Below are positions 6,810 to 10,073 of a stretch of 10,073 nucleotides of DNA, in pieces. The position numbers and the translations under genes were made by a program. The notes under the pieces are model-generated. The model searched no databases. It saw only the letters and a list, made by a program, of their open reading frames with translations, and was not told the origin of the DNA. The number at the start of each line of letters is the position of its first letter. Position 1 is the stretch's first letter. The stretch comes from Candidatus Hodarchaeota archaeon (GTDB taxonomy: Archaea > Asgardarchaeota > Heimdallarchaeia > Hodarchaeales > Hodarchaeaceae). The stretch lies in NCBI GenBank assembly GCA_029856365.1, contig JAHQWW010000133.1:1-10073 (forward strand), read 5' to 3'.

Positions 6810-7920
6810 TCATATCGACTCTATGGAATTATTCATTGTTAAGCTCCCTCTTGTGGAACCTTTCGAGACTAGCTTTGCAATTGAGACCCACAAGGAAGCT
6901 CTTCTATTGAAGATAAGCTCTGAAGGAATAGATGGCTGGGGTGAATGTGTCGCTTCTCCAGATCCCTATTACAGTAGTGAAACTAACGAAACTGCCCTTC
7001 ATATAATTCGAGCTTTTTTACTACCATTAATTATAAAGATGAAGAATTTCTCACTTCAAGAGGTACTAGAAGAGTTCGAGAGGATCAGGGGTCATAATAT
7101 GGCTAAAGCAACTGTAGAAAATGCTCTTCTTGATCTTCTAGCTAGAAAACAAAATCTTCCTCTATACGAACTAATTGGTGGAGAAAAAAAAAGGATTATG
7201 TCAGGTATTAGTATTGGGATAAAAAAGAACCCTGATGAACTTCTAGAGTCCATTAAAAAAGCATTAAGCAAACAATATCATAGGATCAAAATTAAAATAA
7301 GAAAAGGAAGGGAAATTGAACCTTTAACCAGAGTGCGAGAGAATTTTCCAGATATCAAACTCATGGTAGATGCCAATGCTGATTATTCCATTTCAGATAT
7401 CGAAATACTCAAACAACTCGATGATTATGATCTAATGATGATCGAACAACCATTAGAATACGATGACCTCTATTTTCATTCATTAGTTCAGAAAGAATTA
7501 CAAACACCGATTTGTCTTGATGAATCAATTGAGAATCTCAACGATGTTAAAACTGCTATTAATTTGGGAAGTTGCCGAATCATTAATATTAAACAAGGAC
7601 GTGTAGGGGGTATTTTGAATGCAAAAGTCATTCAAGATTATTGCAGGAATAATGGTATAAAAGTCTGGTCTGGAGGTATGTTAGAAACGGGAATCGGAAG
7701 AGCGTTTAACATTCATTTACAAACGCTCCCTGGCTTTCTACTACCAGGTGATACTTCTGAAACTTCCCGCTATTTTCAAGAGGATATTGTTGAACCTCCA
7801 GTAACACTTCAAACAGATGGGTTTATTGATATACCTGAAGGTGATGGAATAGGGGTACGAGTCATCCCAGACAGATTGACACGCTTCACAGCTTTTTCTG
7901 AAAAGATAGAATATAAATGA
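6793..7920 (+). CDS. menC: N-succinylamino acid racemase / o-succinylbenzoate synthase (NSAR/OSBS; enolase superfamily)
   Basis: PFETSF, GWGECVA...PYYSSET, RGHNMAKA, KIKI (KxK), MVDAN, IEQP, CLDES, INIKQGRVGG, WSGGMLETGIGRA, LPGDTS.TSRYF. Start is one of ATG 6787/6790/6793; AAGGA at 6783-87 favours 6793. Confidence 0.92.
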   Translation: MLNRINHIDSMELFIVKLPLVEPFETSFAIETHKEALLLKISSEGIDGWGECVASPDPYYSSETNETALHIIRAFLLPLIIKMKNFSLQEVLEEFERIRGHNMAKATVENALLDLLARKQNLPLYELIGGEKKRIMSGISIGIKKNPDELLESIKKALSKQYHRIKIKIRKGREIEPLTRVRENFPDIKLMVDANADYSISDIEILKQLDDYDLMMIEQPLEYDDLYFHSLVQKELQTPICLDESIENLNDVKTAINLGSCRIINIKQGRVGGILNAKVIQDYCRNNGIKVWSGGMLETGIGRAFNIHLQTLPGFLLPGDTSETSRYFQEDIVEPPVTLQTDGFIDIPEGDGIGVRVIPDRLTRFTAFSEKIEYK

Positions 7921-7922
7921 CT

Positions 7923-9281
7923 CTATGTATCAAGATATTTTATACCTGCTTTACCCCAAGAATCTAATGCTTGTTGTAATTCTACGTATTCATCCTCGTG
8001 GTCATCTAAGTAATCTTCAAGATCCTCAGCTGCTTCATCTAAGTGAGTCATGCCAATATCAATGACCTGACGAAAAGCTTTGGCTCCTGCTCGTGTACCC
8101 TTTGGATGGGAATGAATTCCGACACCTGCTCCAATCATAATGTCTTTACCCAAATCTTTCATAATACGTAATGCAATTCCTGGAGTTACTCCTCCAGATG
8201 GCATGGGGAGTACTGGTTTTAACGGTCCAAAAGGATAACGGAGTGCTTTAGTACAGGCAAGATATTTGTCCCGAATAAAAGGAGCTTTACTGTATGCACT
8301 GGGATAAACAAGCGCGTCAAGACCAGCTAATCGGGCAAGTTTTCCCATGACCAGAAAAGAAGAAATACCAGACATTGCAGACTCATAATATACTCCAGCA
8401 AAGTCCATGTGTCCTAAAATAGGAACATTAATACTCTCATCAGCAGCTATCTCCCGAACAACAGGAAGACCAACAGTGAGATAATTGACCATCAACCCAT
8501 TAGTACCGCAATCGATCGCTTTTTGAGCATTCTCTAGAATCTTGTGAGGGCCTGCTGTTATATTCACCATATAAATGGTGTCTTCTCCAGTTTCATCTTT
8601 AGCTTTATCCCGCATCTCCATGTAAGCAGTTACTCGATCCTCCAATGGCAAATATTTAATGTCTCCTGCTGTACTTTCATCATCCTTGATGAAGTCAGCG
8701 CCACCCATTGCTGCTTCGTAGAATAAAGCCTTCCCATCATCCAAAGTGTACGCATGATCAATATTTGTTAAGAAAGGTCTGTCAGGAACTTTCAAACGAT
8801 TACGAATGCCTTCTATGCCAAGTTTCGGCCCTTTAAATTCAGCTAGGAAAGTAGAGGGGAAAATGACATCGAGAAGTTTTATTTTCCCTCCCATACTGAT
8901 ATTGCCCATTAGAGTTGTTAAAAGCAGAGGAAATTGCGTATCTAACCCCTCAAGGGGATAAGCTATCTGAATGATGTATTCTCGTTCTTTCACACCATCA
9001 GGAATCCCAATTTCGTAAGGGGGTATTTCATAAACTCCTATGACCTTACCAGAAAACTTGCGAAGGATTTCTTTGGGATCTGAATGCACAGGATAATAAG
9101 ATCCAACAGTTTGCTCTTGTATAACCACCTTTCCCATGTACCAAGGATCTAGAGTGCTACTAAATGCAGCATAATAAATCCCAATAACATAATTATCTGA
9201 GTCGATACTCTCCTGCACTCCTTCGGGGTAATATCCCCATTTTTCATCCGCATAACTATCAAACTTTGGTCTTTTGGTCAT
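7923..9281 (-). CDS. RuBisCO-like protein (form IV RLP) with a divergent active site
   Basis: EQTVGS, IAYP, LMGNIS, KLLDV.FP, FKGPKLGIEGIR, GGADFIKDDE, YMVNIT, ILGHMDFAG, GKLARLAGLD, PMPSGG, GAGVGIHSHP.G..AGAKAFRQ, AL..WG. Lacks R295 (H-M instead of H-R) and H327 of bona fide RuBisCO. Confidence 0.93.
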   Translation of the reverse strand: MTKRPKFDSYADEKWGYYPEGVQESIDSDNYVIGIYYAAFSSTLDPWYMGKVVIQEQTVGSYYPVHSDPKEILRKFSGKVIGVYEIPPYEIGIPDGVKEREYIIQIAYPLEGLDTQFPLLLTTLMGNISMGGKIKLLDVIFPSTFLAEFKGPKLGIEGIRNRLKVPDRPFLTNIDHAYTLDDGKALFYEAAMGGADFIKDDESTAGDIKYLPLEDRVTAYMEMRDKAKDETGEDTIYMVNITAGPHKILENAQKAIDCGTNGLMVNYLTVGLPVVREIAADESINVPILGHMDFAGVYYESAMSGISSFLVMGKLARLAGLDALVYPSAYSKAPFIRDKYLACTKALRYPFGPLKPVLPMPSGGVTPGIALRIMKDLGKDIMIGAGVGIHSHPKGTRAGAKAFRQVIDIGMTHLDEAAEDLEDYLDDHEDEYVELQQALDSWGKAGIKYLDT

Positions 9282-9344
9282 TAAACGAGCCTCACTCTTT
9301 TATCCTAATTTATATTAAATAATATTGGTTATGTGTTCATTCTT

Positions 9345-9356
9345 TTTTATATAAAA
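9345..9356. promoter_or_regulatory. Palindromic TATA-like box between divergent RLP and DsrE-like genes
   Basis: TTTTATATAAAA is a perfect 12-bp palindrome matching the archaeal TTTA(A/T)ATA consensus on both strands. Confidence 0.35.
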
Positions 9357-9473
9357 TAGAACAGCTATTCTCTAGTACAATCTATAAGAAGTTTTATACT
9401 GTGTATTTTACTAATATTTGATAGAATCAATCCCATTAATCCAAGAAATATGAAAATATAAAGGTGACATCTC

Positions 9474-9587
9474 ATGAAAAAACAGCTTTTTGTCCTTTTT
9501 AATAATAATAAAGGCATTTTCACACATATTCTCTTGAATGTTTTTGATTTAGCCCAAAAAGGCTATGAAGTTGGTGTTGTCTTCGAA
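9474..9587 (+). CDS. 5' fragment (38 codons) of a DsrE-like/sulfur-relay-fold small protein, cut at the junction
   Basis: AGGTGA SD at 9462-67; MKKQLFVLF...FTHILLNVFDLAQKGYEVGVVFE resembles the DsrE N-terminal beta-alpha-beta unit, normally continuing E-G. After E38 the frame (open to 9881) is merely antisense of dctP. Confidence 0.6.
9579..9587. other. Sequence junction between low-GC and high-GC DNA
   Basis: Hand counts: 9481-9540 = 16/60 GC, 9601-9660 = 33/60, 9661-9720 = 36/60; genes on both sides lose family similarity at GTCTTCGAA. Confidence 0.85.
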
Positions 9588-9947
9588 CATGTAGGGAAGC
9601 ATCAGGGCATCCAGGCGCGGCGCATACTGGGTAATCAGGTTGATACTGGTCACGAAGCAATCGAGCGCACCGGAAACGATAAGGTCCGCCATTACGGAGT
9701 CGTTCCCGAGCTGAGCGTTGGGATAGATCTCCGCCTGGATGCGGCCGTCGGAGTACTCCTCAATCAATTCCTCGAACACCATACCAGTCACATGCAGAGC
9801 GGAGTTATCCGCCGCCATGTTGGAATGGCCGATCCTCAAATTGAAGGTTTCCTGCGAAGCTGGTTGCCCGCCGGCCCATAGGCTCAGGGAGCCCACAAGC
9901 AGCATAAGGGCAGCGAACAGTACGAGCACAGTCTTAGTTTTGCCCAT
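9579..9947 (-). CDS. dctP: 5' fragment (about 123 codons) of a TRAP transporter substrate-binding protein, DctP family
   Basis: Signal peptide ending SLWAGGQ, then LRIGHS...FEELIEEYSDGRIQAEIYPNAQLG.D......SGALD......P.LDALMLPYMFED. Full DctP proteins are about 330 aa; here the frame runs into AT-rich DNA and stops at 9549. AAGGAGGT SD at 9960-9953. Confidence 0.88.
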
Positions 9948-9986
9948 TTCGTACCTCCTTGAAATGATAGTTACATAAGGGAAAAA

Positions 9987-10016
9987 ATTATAACCTTACT
10001 GATTTTCTTGTGTCAA
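9987..10016 (-). promoter_or_regulatory. Consensus sigma70 promoter for dctP
   Basis: TTGACA (10016-10011) - 18 nt - TATAAT (9992-9987), with an A/T-rich UP-like tract upstream; 39 nt between the -10 box and the ATG. Confidence 0.8.
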
Positions 10017-10021
10017 GAAAA
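10003..10021. promoter_or_regulatory. Perfect inverted repeat over the -35 box, candidate repressor operator
   Basis: TTTTCTTG-TGT-CAAGAAAA (8-3-8). Confidence 0.45.
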
Positions 10022-10073
10022 AACCCACCACATTACTCAGATTTATCCTAATCGGCTATTCGGATCAGAAGCG

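Noticed and set aside
8544-8726. 60 aa plus-strand Cys/His-containing ORF
   Set aside because: Inside the RLP on the opposite strand; GTG start, no support.
7923-9281. Bona fide carboxylating RuBisCO (form I-III) or B. subtilis-type MtnW
   Set aside because: Lacks K175, K177, R295 and H327 needed for carboxylation; has Asn (GNIS) rather than the MtnW Lys (GKLS) at the 123 position, and no mtn genes are nearby.
9588-9978. C-terminal 97 aa of ORF 9474..9881 and ORF 9739..9978
   Set aside because: Open frames antisense to GC-rich dctP; the apparent 135 aa protein is a junction product.
1-10073. CRISPR array, tRNA/rRNA, IS element or long tandem repeats
   Set aside because: None seen by eye; intergenic gaps are short, AT-rich and lack repeat-spacer or cloverleaf structure.

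Overview
AT-rich metabolic region (sampled 60-mers about 27-40% GC) of a probably anaerobic prokaryote. AGGAG/AGGTGA ribosome-binding sites and TATA-like boxes fit an archaeon, possibly Asgard-like, but this is inference only. Gene order: ICMT/PEMT-family membrane methyltransferase (-, possibly 5'-truncated), HdrD/GlpC-like Fe-S/CCG oxidoreductase (+), COG1237-type metallo-beta-lactamase (MBL)-fold hydrolase (-), second ICMT-family protein (-), small STAS/SpoIIAA-like hypothetical (-), M24-fold hydrolase with a non-canonical metal site (-), AHL-lactonase-like MBL hydrolase (-), then a divergent GNAT + NSAR/OSBS (menC-like) pair (+), a convergent form IV RuBisCO-like protein (RLP) (-), and the 5' part of a DsrE-like gene (+). 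At about 9579-9587 the sequence switches abruptly to about 55-60% GC DNA carrying the 5' part of a TRAP dctP gene with a consensus sigma70 promoter; both genes are broken at this point, suggesting a chimeric join. Main points of interest: (1) an RLP that keeps the KDDE carbamate/Mg motif but has lost the K175/K177 segment and altered P1-phosphate-binding residues; (2) a GNAT-NSAR D-to-L amino-acid conversion pair lacking its usual M20 desuccinylase but sharing a divergent promoter region with two atypical hydrolases; (3) the junction.
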